From: Nitrosopumilaceae archaeon | GTDB lineage: Archaea; Thermoproteota; Nitrososphaeria; Nitrososphaerales; Nitrosopumilaceae | Direction: 5' to 3' | NCBI GenBank assembly: GCA_965207375.1 | Contig: CBDBMG010000003.1 | Coordinates: 448,001-512,000, forward strand | DNA length: 64,000 nucleotides | In this document: positions 13,696 to 29,434 of the stretch, piece after piece | Layout: each line of letters starts with the position of its first letter | Numbering within the stretch: position 1 is the stretch's first letter | Position numbers and translations under genes: made by a program | The notes under the pieces: generated by a model | What the model was told of the DNA's origin: nothing | Database searches by the model: none | The model's input: only the letters and a program-made list of their open reading frames with translations

Positions 13696-16397
13696 AGCTG
13701 TAGCAATTATAGCAATACATGATTGAAACAATCATTGCGATTTGGAGATCTGTATTTCTGGTTAACATTGATCTCAAGCAGTGATACACACAGCTGGTAG
13801 TCTAATAGACTCAATACTAGTCATGAGTGTCACAGAAAATGAAATACTCTAATAAAACAGTCACTATTATATATACTCTATTAAAACAGTCTTTATAGCT
13901 CCATGTGCATGCATATTACTGAGAGACAAAACAAATTTTGACGGGGGGAAATATTGATAAATTTCCAGCAATTTGTCAATATTTTCCCTATCAAAATTTT
14001 CCGTTTAGTTAGCTACTTATATGAAATGAATGAATAAAATGAATACATTGACATTCATCAATTTTTTACTCGTCAAACTTTTCCCAACCCCGATTCGTCA
14101 AAATTTTCCACCGTCAAAAATTTGCGCCATACGGTATAGCATTGTGGTTTATTATTGCATCATAGTACATGTAGAGATGAAATATCTTCCTGATGAACTC
14201 ATTGATCATCTCCAGGGATTCCTACTATTATCATGGCATAAAAGTTGTGTAATTATTTTAGTGCATATACATTATATCTGGCTGTATTTGGCATTGAAAT
14301 CTGGATCTCTGCCTACAAGACCAAGCAGAGGCATCATGTCATCACCTTTTGTTTACTGCACTAATATCCACCTGTATATATCTGACTGCTCTATTAGAAT
14401 GGCAAACAGTGTAGCTTTAATGTAATGCATACCGTATGGCATTAGTATAATTGATCTACTTTCTGTTATTTTCAAAATGCAAGCATAATGCTAGAATTGC
14501 TTTGTATGATTATATGATATCGATTATGCTAAAAATTATTCCAGCAATTACCGTAGCCTTAGTTACAGTAAGATCTTCCCTAACTTGCTCACACGTTGCA
14601 TGTTGTTTCAAAATATTTATGAGAACAGGCAGAGTAAACTTACTCAAGAGTGTGCATGGGGACACAATAAACTAGTAAGACACATTTCTGATGGCTCCAG
14701 TGTACCTGCCTGCTGTGAATTAGAGTTTGGTTTGCTCTATATGCATACAATTTGATATATTGGATGGATACTCCTAAGTACTTTTAATGATCTAGTTGAT
14801 AAGTTTTGAACATGAAGTTGGCAGTTACAGTAGTTTTACTTCTGATCACCTGGGATGTATGCATGACATTTGGATACATTCAGCTTCATCATGCAGGGGT
14901 TCTCCCATGACATGTAATGACTTAAAGTTACAACAGGACTCAATGGAGGAATGGCTAAAGGTGACTCAGGGATCTGATTCCTTTGCTCCCATTCTTTGTA
15001 TCCCTAGAGTGTACATATGTCAATTAGTTAATAATAATAATAATGAGTGCACAGGCGGGCTGGACAGTTGCTGTTCCTAAGTACTTGTTATGTTCTACAG
15101 TTGATAAGATATCATGAAGTTGGTAATTAAAAGTACTTTTAGGATGTATGCACATAACATTCAGCTTCATCATCCAGAGGTCCTCTTACGATAAAGTTAC
15201 AAACATATGGTGTAGCATAGAAATTCTATTCTTGATATTAGCCAAGTTTCAATGATTAAACAGTTCCAACAATCATTTGTGGATGAATCACAAGTAAAGC
15301 AACTGAAATACCATAAATGATAAAATTTTTGTGGTTTATTGGGTTCACTCATAATGTAGAGAAAACTTTTCCAAATAAGGACAAAAACAACATTCATGTA
15401 TTGAAATTAGTAGGGAAATCTTTTCACGATTTATTGAAAATTTGCGAAAACCACAAAAGTTTTGTCTTTTGTAGTACACAAACAGCAAATCAAGGTAAAC
15501 AGAATCAACACACGAATTTAATAAAATACAAGACTGCACTATCTGAAAGATAGCCGGTAATCCAACAACCAAAAAGGTCACAAGGAGATGGCAAGAAGAT
15601 GGTAGAGGAACACAATGTATCAATTTATAACACTCTGCCCCTACAATGAATTTTTATTATAGCATAGAAAATTAATGTTTAGTGTATTTTCATTGCAGCT
15701 ATTGTACAACATTAATATAGGACATTTTAATAAGCTTTTTGTTGAATGTTCAATCGTGACTCAGGAGGTTTGAAGTATTTCTGGAATGAACTGGTCGACA
15801 CTTGATCAAACAGTGGTCCACACGGCTGGTAGTCATGAGTGTTGCCGATCAATGACTGGATCATTAACTGTCCAGTCAAAATATTTGTAGTTGCTATCAC
15901 ATAATCTATATTGGCTACAATAGAACATACACTCATTGTATAAATACACACACAGCTACATGTATTTAGACTATGGTATGCACAATATCAAGAATCCATA
16001 ACAATAGATGGTCATTTAACTGCTCACTACCATAAATGTCACGACCTGATTTAAAACTCATGACCGACTTTAAACTGGTTAATCAGTTTTATAACGGGTT
16101 GACCAATTTTGAAATGATATAACTATATTATTAGAGTATCCTTTTAAAGGGATAGCTATACGTATTGTACAGTAGTAACTAGTCTTGCATGGCCACACCC
16201 TCTTCTTTGCATGTTGACTAGCATTAAACGCCCTGCCGGAAGATGTAAGGTAACAGGAAAGCTGACCAACTGACTGCTAGTACTGGCTTGGCTGAACCAT
16301 ACAGTACTTTTCATCAGACAAATCAAATGGTGACTATCCAATCACATCAATTTTATCAGTACAAAATAAATTCACCAATATTAAAATGGATCAATAG

Positions 16398-16927
16398 CAA
16401 GGCCGTAGTCGGTGGTCTGGCCGGTCCGGCCATGGCCGGACTGGTTTTTGGCAATGGTATTAAACTTACATCAAGTATCAAATCAATTAACTTTCAAATC
16501 TATTCCTTCTGTTCATTCGTCGACTTCGAGATTAATAGTGCGCACCTAGAATTTATTTTAAGTCTTAGTTCTTTGATTGTGGGATAGCTGTTTAATCAGT
16601 CTTTCCTTATTATCTGGTGATAAACATTAAAAACAGGACGCTAAAATGCCAGAAATGGTTTGTAAGTAGACGAAAAATAAAACGGGAGTGTATTCTAATA
16701 TTTTCATGCTCTTGTTTTTTAGAAAATGCTGTGTTGGGTGGATTTAGATAAAAATCAGTGAATCTTGCTCCCAACATACTTCCAGCCTCTGGAAATGAAA
16801 TAGCCCTGTAGCTATCCCACTGGGAACTTTAAAGCACTCCCAGTTCCCCTCAGTAGCTGCATTTTGTTCCTACCATTTCAGGGATCAGGATGGCCGGACT
16901 GGTTATTTTTTGGCGGCTACGGCCCTG
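16398..16927. mobile_element. hAT5-like non-autonomous element
   Basis: TIR CAAGGCCGTAG / CTACGGCCCTG; 5-bp TSD AATAG; the empty site is present in paralogous modules. Confidence 0.8.
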
Positions 16928-17089
16928 AATAGAAATAACCAGGCCAATAACTACTGACTCACTTTAAAACAAATACGTAGGTGGCCAGTTTTAAAACCAG
17001 TTAAATTTTAAACAAAATATTACAATGATGAGTTTTCTATATTATACAATGAATTGATTACCATAGTAATCATTGTTTTGATCATTGTG

Positions 17090-17203
17090 TATCCTCAGTC
17101 CTTGCAAAAATTTTACACATATTTATTCGGTATTTTATTATCATTTCTCAAGGTTTAGCCTCTTCTTTTATATTTTAACATGTGACATTTAATTGTGGGT
17201 TTT
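17090..17203 (-). ncRNA. Variable-segment mini-gene, subfamily A (hairpin degraded)
   Basis: Variable segment 17112-17147 (36 nt); TATA at 17166-17172. Confidence 0.55.
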
Positions 17204-17395
17204 GATTTTTACAATGTTTTACTCACAGCTACATTTAGTAAGCTTAACAAACACATGAAGTGAATTCAATGTGTATTTCTCATGGTACCACATGTTTACA
17301 CACATGTAGAAATGAAGTCATAATTGAGCGGTACCGTATGTGTAACTACTGTGCAATTAACTGATTACCATAGTAAACATTGTTTTGATCATTGT

Positions 17396-17514
17396 GGGCT
17401 TCATTGAAGCCTTGCAAAAATACTATACCCTATTGTGTTGTGGTGCTCTTTCCCTTAGTCAAGGTTTAGCCTCTTCTTTTATATCTCAACATGTGACATT
17501 TAATCGTGGGTTTT
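17396..17514 (-). ncRNA. Variable-segment mini-gene, subfamily A
   Basis: Variable segment 17422-17458 (37 nt); hairpin GGCTTC-AAT-GAAGCC is a compensatory variant. Confidence 0.6.
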
Positions 17515-17798
17515 GATTTTTACAATGTTTTACTCACAGCTACATTTAGTAAACTTATTAATAGTGAGTAGAATTTCAAATGTTGATAATGTTGGGTGAT
17601 GGTCAGTGTTGTTCATATAAGAGATTTGATTGTGGGTTTAAGTTTTACATCATTTTTGTAGTACCAAATGATGAACTTTGGAAATTCATATTTTGTTCCC
17701 TCCAAATTGCCTCTCAAATTTCACTAAAAGCTTATAATCACCAGATCTAATAAAGTACAGCTCACATCAACCTTTTCCTTCTCTAATATCACAGTCTA

Positions 17799-18695
17799 CA
17801 GGGCCGGAGCAATTGGTCAGGCCAGTCAGGCAAATGCCTGACCACTTTTCAGAATCTATCCCACAATCAAAAAGTTTAAGTTAATATTCTAACTCTAATC
17901 ACCTCTGTGAAACTTCTTGTAATCTCAACCAGTAACTAAAGAAAGTTTTCATGTCTTCACGCAAACGAACCAAATCACGTGATCTCCATTGATCATAATA
18001 ATACTTTTGTGCGCTTAAGCAATAGGGATGCGCCGATTTTGCCAGCATACCGGGGTAATACCAAAAGGATAATAAGGTTAATAATGCACTAAAACAATAG
18101 CCTAGTTTCTTAGGGTGAAATAATAGTAGTTCACTTTAGTAATGGAGTTTAATTAGAATATATTAAACCCACAATCAAAACTTCACGTATCCTCGACGAT
18201 GTTTGTTATGCCGGTAAGAATGGCGTTTTTTAGAACGATCGATTTGAGTCGTTTACCTACCTTGGGATAGCAGCCTAACCAGCCTAAGAGCCGAAAAGGA
18301 GCTTTGGGATAGATGTGTAAATGAGTTTATTTCCTGACAAAATTGCTAAGTTTCAGTTACTGTGACTGTGCATGCTCGTGTGCATGTGTGTAATTATACA
18401 ATTATAGCTATAGCTAATAATGTACCCTACTACCCTTTCTTATGTATTTTGCTTGTATGCATTATAACTTGTGTAATTTAATATAAAAATTAGACAGTAA
18501 TATGTAGGCATGTTTAGAAGGTGAAAATGCCCTCAGATTCAATCTCAGGGAGTGCACATTTTCAAAATTTTCTGGGGGGGCATGCCCCCAGACCCCCTAG
18601 TTTTGGCATGCTTCACATGCATGTGTTCGCACACAATCAGCATATTTCTCCATTGAAAATGCCTGACCACTTATGTAAAGGCTGCTCCAGCCCTG
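17799..18695. mobile_element. hAT5-like non-autonomous element
   Basis: TIR CAGGGCCGGAGCA / TGCTCCAGCCCTG; 5-bp TSD GTCTA. Confidence 0.8.
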
Positions 18696-19168
18696 GTCTA
18701 GCCAAACTTACTACATCCAACTAATCTTTTATGTCACAAAACTTCCATTACTACAATAGCATCAACTAAAGCCATGCTCCTTGAAGTTGAAATACTCAAG
18801 AGTAACAGTGTACAAACTCACATGATCACCTATTTTATGTGATAATTCAGAAGTGTGCTCACATGCACACAATTTCTTAATTTCAGTCACAGCTAGACAG
18901 CAACTTAATCTTTTCCTTGACAATATAATATTGTATAATTTCCTACAAACTTTGACCACACTAGAATATTGTATACATGCATGTACGCATGTACACATGC
19001 ACACAAACATATTGTCAAACACACCCCGTTATGGCGTACACATACTAATAAAAACTAATTGTCAAATTTTTTGACAATATGTATTTGATTATCAAGATGT
19101 TCAAATTTTACCATTTGGTTAATGAAAGACCCTGTCATACATAATGATATATTCTACACAGTACACAC

Positions 19169-19669
19169 CTCATAAGCAGTTGATACACTCTTGGTCTCTT
19201 AGTGCCGACAGTGTTGAATGATGTGCAGCAGCTTAACCAATGCTATATTACACACAAACATTAGCAAATGATAGCAGAGTATTAAGAAGAAAAATAAATA
19301 TTAGAATTGTACAAAATACTTTAAAACAACTTGGCACTCATTATCAGCAGTGTGAGTGATACGTATTAGTCATCAATCAACTAATACTATTACTATTTTA
19401 CCACTCCTTGTATTTATAGCAATATTTGTACTATTGACAGCTAAAATAACATTCAAATATCAAATATACTATTCATTTGAGCCTTAGCATATAATCTCTT
19501 CATTGTACAATTCTTAATGTTGTAGATCTCATCAATGATATCTTCAGTTGAGTGCTGAATGGTGTCATGAGGTCAATATTACGATCAATCAAAATCAACG
19601 TGCTGATCTATGGCACGATTTCTGGCTGGTTGTGACCTTCCTCTTATCCATGATCATGTCTATAAGAAG
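19169..19669 (-). pseudogene. VPS33A: VPS33A two-exon fragment (second exon internally deleted)
   Basis: Exon 19509-19669 encodes EIVP*ISTLILIDRNIDLMTPFSTQL/..IIDEIYNIKN, matching the Sec1-family/VPS33 motif [28 protein letters not shown]. Confidence 0.85.
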
Positions 19670-19756
19670 CTGTGAACAAGGCACTTTTGTTTACCATGAT
19701 TCATGTATCTATTCTTCAAGCATACGTAGTTATACGTATAACAAATCCCAACGCTT

Positions 19757-19918
<162 letters not shown>

Positions 19919-19952
19919 TAACAGAGTGGTATGTATATGCTGAATACATTAT

Positions 19953-20044
19953 AGGCCCCTCAAGACCTTCCCAAAAATTTTAATTCTTAGAATGGTAGAT
20001 ATCTGGTTTCTTAACATTAAGGTTTTTAGGTTTTCCTTTTTATA
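19953..20044 (-). ncRNA. Variable-segment mini-gene, subfamily C (upstream motif lost)
   Basis: Minus: TATAAAAAGGAAAACCTAAAAACCTTAA-[38 nt, 19979-20016]-ATTTTTGGGAAGGTCTTGAGGGGCCT. Confidence 0.5.
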
Positions 20045-20738
20045 AATTATTAATATGGAATCGCATACTACAATATGACTGAAGACACCTACGTAATTAA
20101 TTATGCTTGTTTACAGGCACTTGTAAATAATGGAAAAGTACCTGTATTATAGCAAAATACGGTACAGTCCACATGCAACGTCCAACTTGTGAGTTCGAGT
20201 TTGAGGCCTTGCTAGTGTATTTAAACATGAGCATTCGACTTTGTGGATGCACTCGCTCGATAGTTTTCAGGTGAGCACTCGCAATGCCTCTCGAGTACAT
20301 GCACTCGAGCACTTGCTTGCGAGCAACTGTATTCTTCTGTTACACTGACAGATCTATCGAATTTATTTTGTACCATTATGATTTAAGTAGATGTACCAAA
20401 ACTTTTCTCTATTGTGTATTCTTGTTATTAGTGATAATTAATTTTAGTCAACCGCTAAATAATCTTCTAATTGCTAAATCCACCATGCTCTAAACTTTAT
20501 TTGCTTACAGTGATCACTAACATGAATGATACTAAAATGATTATAATGATTAGCTTATATTAAAACAGTCATTTGTATCTTGTGATGTCATTATAATATT
20601 GGGGTATAAGGCATTTCAGATAATAAACATCCCACACAAACATACGCATTGCGAACAAGCAAAATAATAAACATATTAAAATTTTTGGTCAATGAGGGAC
20701 CCTGTCATGCATAATGACATACTCTACACAGTACACAC

Positions 20739-20913
20739 CTCATAAGCAGCTGGTCTCTTCACTGAGTTTAGTGCCGACAATGTTGATGTGCGCTTAGCAT
20801 ACGTACGTACATCTCCTCTCCAGATATCAGAGAAGTCCAGGAGTCGGGGCTGGCCTGATGTGATCTTGGGGATAAACATTCACTAAATATATTTTGAGGA
20901 AGCTTAACCGAGG
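20739..20913 (-). pseudogene. VPS33A: VPS33A exon fragment
   Basis: Copy of the 7678-7870 exon. Confidence 0.75.
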
Positions 20914-21644
20914 CTATATTACACACAAAAAGTAGTAAATGATAGTAGAGTTTTATAAAAAATACTTTAAAACAACTTGGCTCATTATTAAGAGCAGAGT
21001 GAGTGATATTAGTCATCAATCAAATAAAACTATTGCTATTTACCACTCCTTGTATTCATACAAATATTTGTACTATTTCATTTGATAACTAAAATAACAT
21101 TCAAATATCAAAAATACTATTCAGTATATAATCTCTTCTCTTACAATTCTTAAATGTTGTACATAAATTTCATCAATGAGACATAGCTAGGTCAGTAGAG
21201 TGCTGAGCAATGTCATATTGTAATACATTATTTCTATTACGGAGTACATGAAGTACATTTATACTGCAGAGATGGTATGGCATATTTTAGCTATTTTACC
21301 AAGTGTCCATAATTGAGAGGAGAGTATCTAAATGAGCCCGTAGGTAGACTGTTTTTTCTTGTTTATCAGGGAGGGCTGTTTATGGTGCCATGTCACGTGT
21401 GGGCCCCAGGTCATTTGCATTGCACGTACTCTTTCTAGATTGCGGTGTGCCTCTTTGTCCTGGCAGCAGGGGTTGTTCTGGCTGTGAGACGGTCGGTGGG
21501 ATTTCACTGGGCTGGTCTGGTTTGTTGCCGCCTCGTGGGGCTTGGTGGCGCTCGCTCCCATGCGTGGGTGTGTGCATGGTCGATGCAGCATGGGCTCACA
21601 ATGCGGTTACCTTTGAGGATTATCTTATTAACACATTTATGAAT

Positions 21645-23320
<1,676 letters not shown>

Positions 23321-23481
23321 ACTATTATATGTGGAGGTACTGGACGGGCTTATTTTTGATTGCGCATACGGAAGTTAAATGCTCTCCTCTCTCTCTATGT
23401 AACAAAAATATTACAATGGTGATAGTTTACTATACCGTGGAATGAAATAATTACCATGGTAATAATTGTTTTGATCATTGT

Positions 23482-23598
23482 GGGCCTTTTCAGGCCTTGC
23501 AAAAATTCTATACATATTTTAGTGGTATTTATTCACCATTTGTCAAGGTTTAGCCTCTTCTTTTATATCTCAACATGTGACATTTAATTGTGGGTTTT
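23482..23598 (-). ncRNA. Variable-segment mini-gene, subfamily A
   Basis: Variable segment 23507-23542 (36 nt); TATA at 23561-23567; hairpin GGCCT-GAAA-AGGCC. Confidence 0.6.
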
Positions 23599-24344
23599 GA
23601 TTTTTACAATGTTTTACTCACAGCTACATTTAGTCAACTTATTAATAGTGAGTAGAACTTCAAATGTTGATAATGTAGGGTGATGGCCACTGTTGCCCAT
23701 ATAAGAGATTTGATTGTGGGTTTAAGTTTTACATCATTTTGTAGTAACAAATGATGAACTTTAGAAATTTATATTTTGTTCCCTCCAAACTGCCTCTCTA
23801 ATTTCACTAAAAGCTTATAATCACCAGATCTAATAAAGTACAGCTTAGATCTAATAAATTACAGCTTACATCAACCTTTCCTTCTTTAATTATCACTGTC
23901 AAGTAAAACTTACTAATCTTTTATGTCACAAAACTTCCATTACTACAATAGCATCAACTAAAGCCATGCTCCTTGAAGTTGAAGTACTCAAGAGTAATAG
24001 TGTACAAACTCACATGATCACCTGATAATTCATAATTGTACTCACATGTACACAATTTCTTAATTACAGTCACAGATAGACAGCAACTTAATCTTTTCCT
24101 CGACAATATAATATTGTATAATTTCCTACAAAGTTTGACCATACTAGAATATTGTATTCATGCGTGTACACATGCACACAAACATACTGTCAAACACACC
24201 CCCGTTATGGCATACACATGCAAATAAAAATACATAATTGTCAAATATTTTGGCAGTGTTTTTGATTATCAGATGTTCAAATTCTATCATTTGGTCAATA
24301 AGGGACCCTGTCATGCATAATGACATACTCTACACAGTACACAC

Positions 24345-24979
24345 TTCATAAGCAGCTGGTATTCTCTTGGTCTCTTCACTGAGTTTAGCACCGATAGCAT
24401 TGAATGATGTGCAGGTCAAGAAGCTCGGCATACATCTCCTCTCCAGATGTCAGAGAAGTCCAGGAGTCGGGGCTGGCCTGATGTGACCTTTGGGATAAAC
24501 ATTATCACTAAATTTATTTCAAGGCAGCTTAACCAATGCTATATTATACACAAACATTAGCAAATGATAGCAGAGTATTAAGAAAAGCAAATATTAGAAC
24601 TGTACATATGTATAAAATACTTTAAAATAATTTGGCACTCATTATCAAGAGCAGTGTGAGTGATATCATTCATCAATGAACTACGTAATACTATTGCTAT
24701 TTTACCACTCCTTGCATTTATAGCAATATTTATACTATTTCATTTGATAACTAAAATAACATTCAAATATCAAATATACTATTCATTTGAGTCTTAGTAT
24801 ATAATCTCTTCATTGTACAATTCTTAATGTTGTAGATGTCATCAATGACACCTTCAGTTGAGTGCTGAGTGGTGTCATGAGGTCAATATTACGATCGATC
24901 AATATCACCGTGCTGATCTATGGCAAGATTTCTGGCTGGTTGTGACCTTCTTCTTACCCATGATCATGTTTATAAGAAG
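24345..24979 (-). pseudogene. VPS33A: VPS33A two-exon fragment with intron
   Basis: Exon 24819-24979 (ILIDRNIDLMTPLSTQL/EGVIDDIYNIKN), a phase-1 intron, then exon 24345-24538 (VKLP...SGEEMYAEL...LSEETKRIPAAYE). Contains a stop and frameshifts. Confidence 0.85.
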
Positions 24980-25015
24980 TTGTGAACAAGACATTTGTGT
25001 TTACTGTGATTCATG

Positions 25016-25750
25016 GTATAGTTACGAGGGTGATATCGTTTATATTACCCGAAGCCAAGGCTGAGGGTAATATAAACGATATCACCCGAGTGAACGGGAT
25101 TTAACTGGATTCTATCCCAGTGTACAATACGTAATCAACTTCTTGTAATCAAGCAAGCGGTTTCCGCAACAATAGAAGATTTGATTGGCTATTTTCCTGA
25201 AAACAGTTAAATTGTTTGCTCGGAACGACACTTTAGATGGCAACAAGTTAGCTCGCCTTTTGCTTGGGATGGTATATTTGGAAGCAGCAAAGGCACTTAG
25301 CTAGGCGAAAACATATGCATCGGCTGGAGCAGAGTCGAAAACGTACGCATCGGCCGGAGCGGGGTTGAACAAGTACGTCGTTCAAACGATAGCAAAGCGC
25401 CATTGTCTCCAACAAGTCAGCCGCCGTTTCAGTAATAAAACATGTAAGAGAAATTGTCTATAAAGAGCCATTCCCCAGAGGGACAATCAACATAACGCGC
25501 TTTGCTTTCGCCTGAGGGACGTAACTATCCTTTGGTCGCCTTTTTCAGCTCTTGCATGGAGCTTTGGTGCATTTTCAATTGATGTTATTCTTGTCTATAC
25601 TGTAGCTTACGCGCGGCTTAAAATATAAAAACCTTTGATGCATGCTAATTGTCTGACACCAAAACCACTGGGTGCTATTTTTTATAACACCTGGTATTAT
25701 TTTCTTTAATACCCAGTGGCATCCTTTGATCCGCCTGCGCACTGGAGTAG
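25016..25750. mobile_element. Unclassified insertion
   Basis: Absent from the paralogous sites at about 19700 and 39260; short internal inverted repeats at the left end. Confidence 0.55.
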
Positions 25751-25863
25751 AAGTATTTTTTCTTCTAGAATACGTAGCTATACGTATAACAAATCCCAAC
25801 ACTTGTACAGACACAGACACAGACACAGGCACACACAGACACACACAGACACACACACACACA

Positions 25864-25910
<47 letters not shown>

Positions 25911-25942
25911 ACAGAGTGGTACGTATATGCTGAATACATTAT

Positions 25943-26014
25943 AGGCCTCTCGAGACCTTCCCAAAAAATTTAATTCATAGAATGTTTTATAACATTTAGG
26001 TTTTCCTTTTTATA
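25943..26014 (-). ncRNA. Variable-segment mini-gene, subfamily C, shortened
   Basis: Keeps TATA, T-tract and hairpin AGGTCT-CGAG-AGGCCT; the variable segment is partly deleted. Confidence 0.4.
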
Positions 26015-26189
26015 AAAGTGACCATATTTGGGAAAATGTGCATATGTAGTTCACACATCTGATTTTTCTCATTCAAAGATTCAGAAAATCTGGTAGGAAC
26101 AGTACACAGATCTGAAACTTGCAGGAATGATAGAGGAATGGTAGCTCTATAAACCCTGCAAGTGTCAAGTCTATCCACGTATGCCAATA

Positions 26190-28550
26190 TATAACTTAGA
26201 CAAATAGATGTTGCAATTGTATTTTGCTATAATACAGCTACTTTTCTATTGTTAACAAGCGCCTGTAAACAAGCATTATTAAGTAGGTGCCTTCAGTCGT
26301 ATTGAGCATGTGATTCCATATTTGTGACCAGATTTGTGAAAAACGAGCATAGTTCACAAATCTAATTTTTCAAATTAGAAGATTCATAGGGATGAACCCT
26401 TAAGATGATAAAGTAACTATACACATTACACAAACATATTAAGAGGTAGAGCTACATTTAGTAAACTTATTAAGTATTAAGAGTGGGTAGAACTTAAGTG
26501 TTGATAATGTAAGGTGATGACCAGTGTTGCCCATATAAGGGATTTGATTGTGAGTTTAAGTTTTTAAAATCTGTTCATCATTTTTGTAGTAACAAGTAGT
26601 AGTGGAAATATTTTGTTCCCTCTAAATTTCAGTATAATCACCAGATCTAATAAAGTAGCGTAGGCTACCAAATATCGGCCAGTATCTATTATCACCAATT
26701 TTTGTAATGCATTAAAGCTTGCACAAGATACGTACACAAAGGATTACTAGAATTGCAGTATATTAACAACAGAATTAACCAGAAACCACTTCAATAATCA
26801 ATAGTCCTACAGTATTCATGAGTACCAAGAAGTCATGGGAAAGTTGTTAAAGAGTTTCTTAACATAAAAATACCTGTATCGTTATAACGTGACAATGGAA
26901 ACACATAGTAATGCCAAAACCACATGATTTACTTGACAAAATATCCTTCATATTCTGCAAAAAATATATCTACTAGAAGTTATGGCACAAAGTTTAAACA
27001 CTGGTCGATATATTGATACTGCAAAAAGTACAGGTGGCCGATAATAGATCACAATGGATGATAATTGAAAGATCACATGCGCAAGCGTTTTACATGTCAC
27101 AGACGCTGTGATGATGTCATTAACATAAAAACTGTTTTCTGAAGTGATGAAAGAATGTGCTATTGATTAGTGAAAACCGGAAGTCTGTAGGATAATCGCT
27201 CGCTAAGGTAAGCCATTAGAAGGAAATGTTGGTGATTTTATGCTAGAGCTCACATCAATCTTTTCCTTCTCTAATATCACCTCCAAGCCAAACTTTAAAA
27301 TCTTTTAAGTCACAAAACTTCCATTACTACAATAGCATCAACCAAAGCCATGCTCCTTGAAGTTGAAGTACTCAAGAGTAACAGTGTACAAACTCACATG
27401 ATCACCTGCTAATTCATAATTGTCCTCACATGCATACAATTTATTAATTTCGGTCATAGCTAGACAGCAAGATTTCCTCGTCTATACTAATTTTGATTCA
27501 TGCACGTACACATGCGCACAAACAAACCATCAAGCATACATACCAAAAACCAAATAATTCCCTATAAAATTTTGTGACAGTCAAACATATCCAACACTTT
27601 TATATGTGCACGTGTATGTGTATGTACACATTATTTCTATTACAGAGTGGTATTATATGTGACCCGGCATAATGGATATAAAGTATTTTGCTGGGAGGAT
27701 CAAAAGCAAAAGGTGATTGCAAGGTAGCATTCTTTGGAAATAAAGGAAACTATTTGCATAATTTTTGCTGTTGTTGTAGGTGTGAAATTCCGCCGGAATG
27801 GTGAACACAGTAACTAACTGATTTCAAACTAAATCCTATCTGTAAAACCAGTTCTTTTTGCACTAACAAGTCACATGGTGCAACATCTTATGCTTGTGTG
27901 TCGATAGATAGCTGGCACTAATCATCATTCAGTGACTACTAGTTGTGTTAGGTCATTTTCATTATAAGATTTTTAAAACAAATTCCATTTGAAAATCAGT
28001 AAAACGTTGATTTAGAAGTAAAAAATTAATTAAACATATAATGAAAGTTGGGTTGAAGTGATCCAGGCAGGGGTAAGAAACAAGCAATCAAGTCTGCCTG
28101 ACCTTATCCATTATATTTTATTCAAGGTGACATGCAAACAAAATTGTTAATATTCTACAAAGTACAAACCTCATAAGTAGCTGATATTCTATTGGTTTCT
28201 TCACTGAGTTTAGTCCTGCGTTGACAATGTTGAAGCATAAGTCATGAAGCTCTGCATACATCTCCTCTCCAGATGTAAGAGAAGTCCAAGAGTCGGGGCT
28301 GGCCTGATGTGACCTTGGAGATAAACATTCATTAAATTTATGTCGAGGAAGCTTAACCGAGGCCATATTACACACAAAAAGTAGTAAATGATAGTAGAGT
28401 TTTATAAAAAATACTATAAAACAAAAATGGCACTCATTATTAGAGCAGTGTGAGTGATAATAGTCATCAATCAAATAACTATTGCTATTTACCACTCCTT
28501 GTATTTATAGGAATATTTGTACTACTTCATTTGACAACTAAAATAACATT
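26190..28550 (+). repeat. Segmental duplication, paralogous to about 4500-8040
   Basis: Colinear high similarity, including the shared TA-flanked insertion. Confidence 0.85.
28170..28362 (-). pseudogene. VPS33A: VPS33A exon fragment
   Basis: SVKLPRHKF...LTSGEEMYAELHDLCFNIV. Confidence 0.75.
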
Positions 28551-28863
28551 CAAATATCAACAAGTTGATGTTTTACCATCTAACAACCAGGCGCTGTGTG
28601 TAAATTAAACGCACTGTTATCTACTGCTATTCAATGTATTGTAATAGTCCTTAATGACATCACCAGTAAGTCACATGAGCAGAGATTCATCACTAAGGAA
28701 CACATAGCAACGCGTACAAATTTAATTCTTCTGTTTAAACCCGCTTTAGGCTCCAGTACTTGAGTGATAAAACTTTTTAAAAGCAATATAAAGAAATATA
28801 AAGTTAGCCATTTTACCAAGAGTCCATTATAGAGAGGAGAAGGTAGACTACTTTGTAAAAATC

Positions 28864-28985
28864 AAAACCCACAATTAAATGTCACATGTAGAGATATAAA
28901 AGAAGAGGCTAAACATTTACAAACTTTGAAGATTTGCTGAAGTGCACAATGTGTATCAAATTTTTGCAAGGCCTCAAAGAGGCCC
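28864..28985 (+). ncRNA. Variable-segment mini-gene, subfamily A, inverted copy
   Basis: AAAACCCACAATTAAAT-GTCACATGTAGAGA-TATAAAAGAAGAGGCTAAACATTTA-[40 nt, 28920-28959]-ATTTTTGCAAGGCCTCAAAGAGGCCC. Confidence 0.6.
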
Positions 28986-29434
28986 ACAATGATCAAAACA
29001 ATGTTTACTATGGTGATCAGTTCATTCCACAGTAGTTACGTATAGTAAACTCACCATTGTAATATTTTTGTTATATCCCAATTGAAAACTTCACTGGTTT
29101 TAAAACTGACCACCTATTTGTTTTAAATTTGGGTCAGTAGTTATTGACCTGGTTATTTCTATTGATCCATTTTAATATTGGTGAATTAATGAAATCAATG
29201 TGATAGGATAGTCAGTGTTTGATTTGTCTGATGAAAAGTACTGTATGGTTCACCCAAGCCAGCACTAGCCGTCAGTTGGTCAGCTTTCCTGTTACCTTAC
29301 ATCTTCCGGCAGGGCGTTTAATGTTAGTCAACATGCAAAGAAGAGTGTGTGGCCACACAAGACTAGTTACTACTGTACAATACCTATAGCTATCCCTTTA
29401 AAAGGATACTCTAATTTTGAATAATTTTTATTGC

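Noticed and set aside
18762-19022. Recurrent short ORF VKLCRKLYNIILSRKRL...YFNFKEHGF (also at 23954, 32685, 38173)
   Set aside because: Recurrence is explained by duplication. No recognisable domain or convincing start or splice structure.
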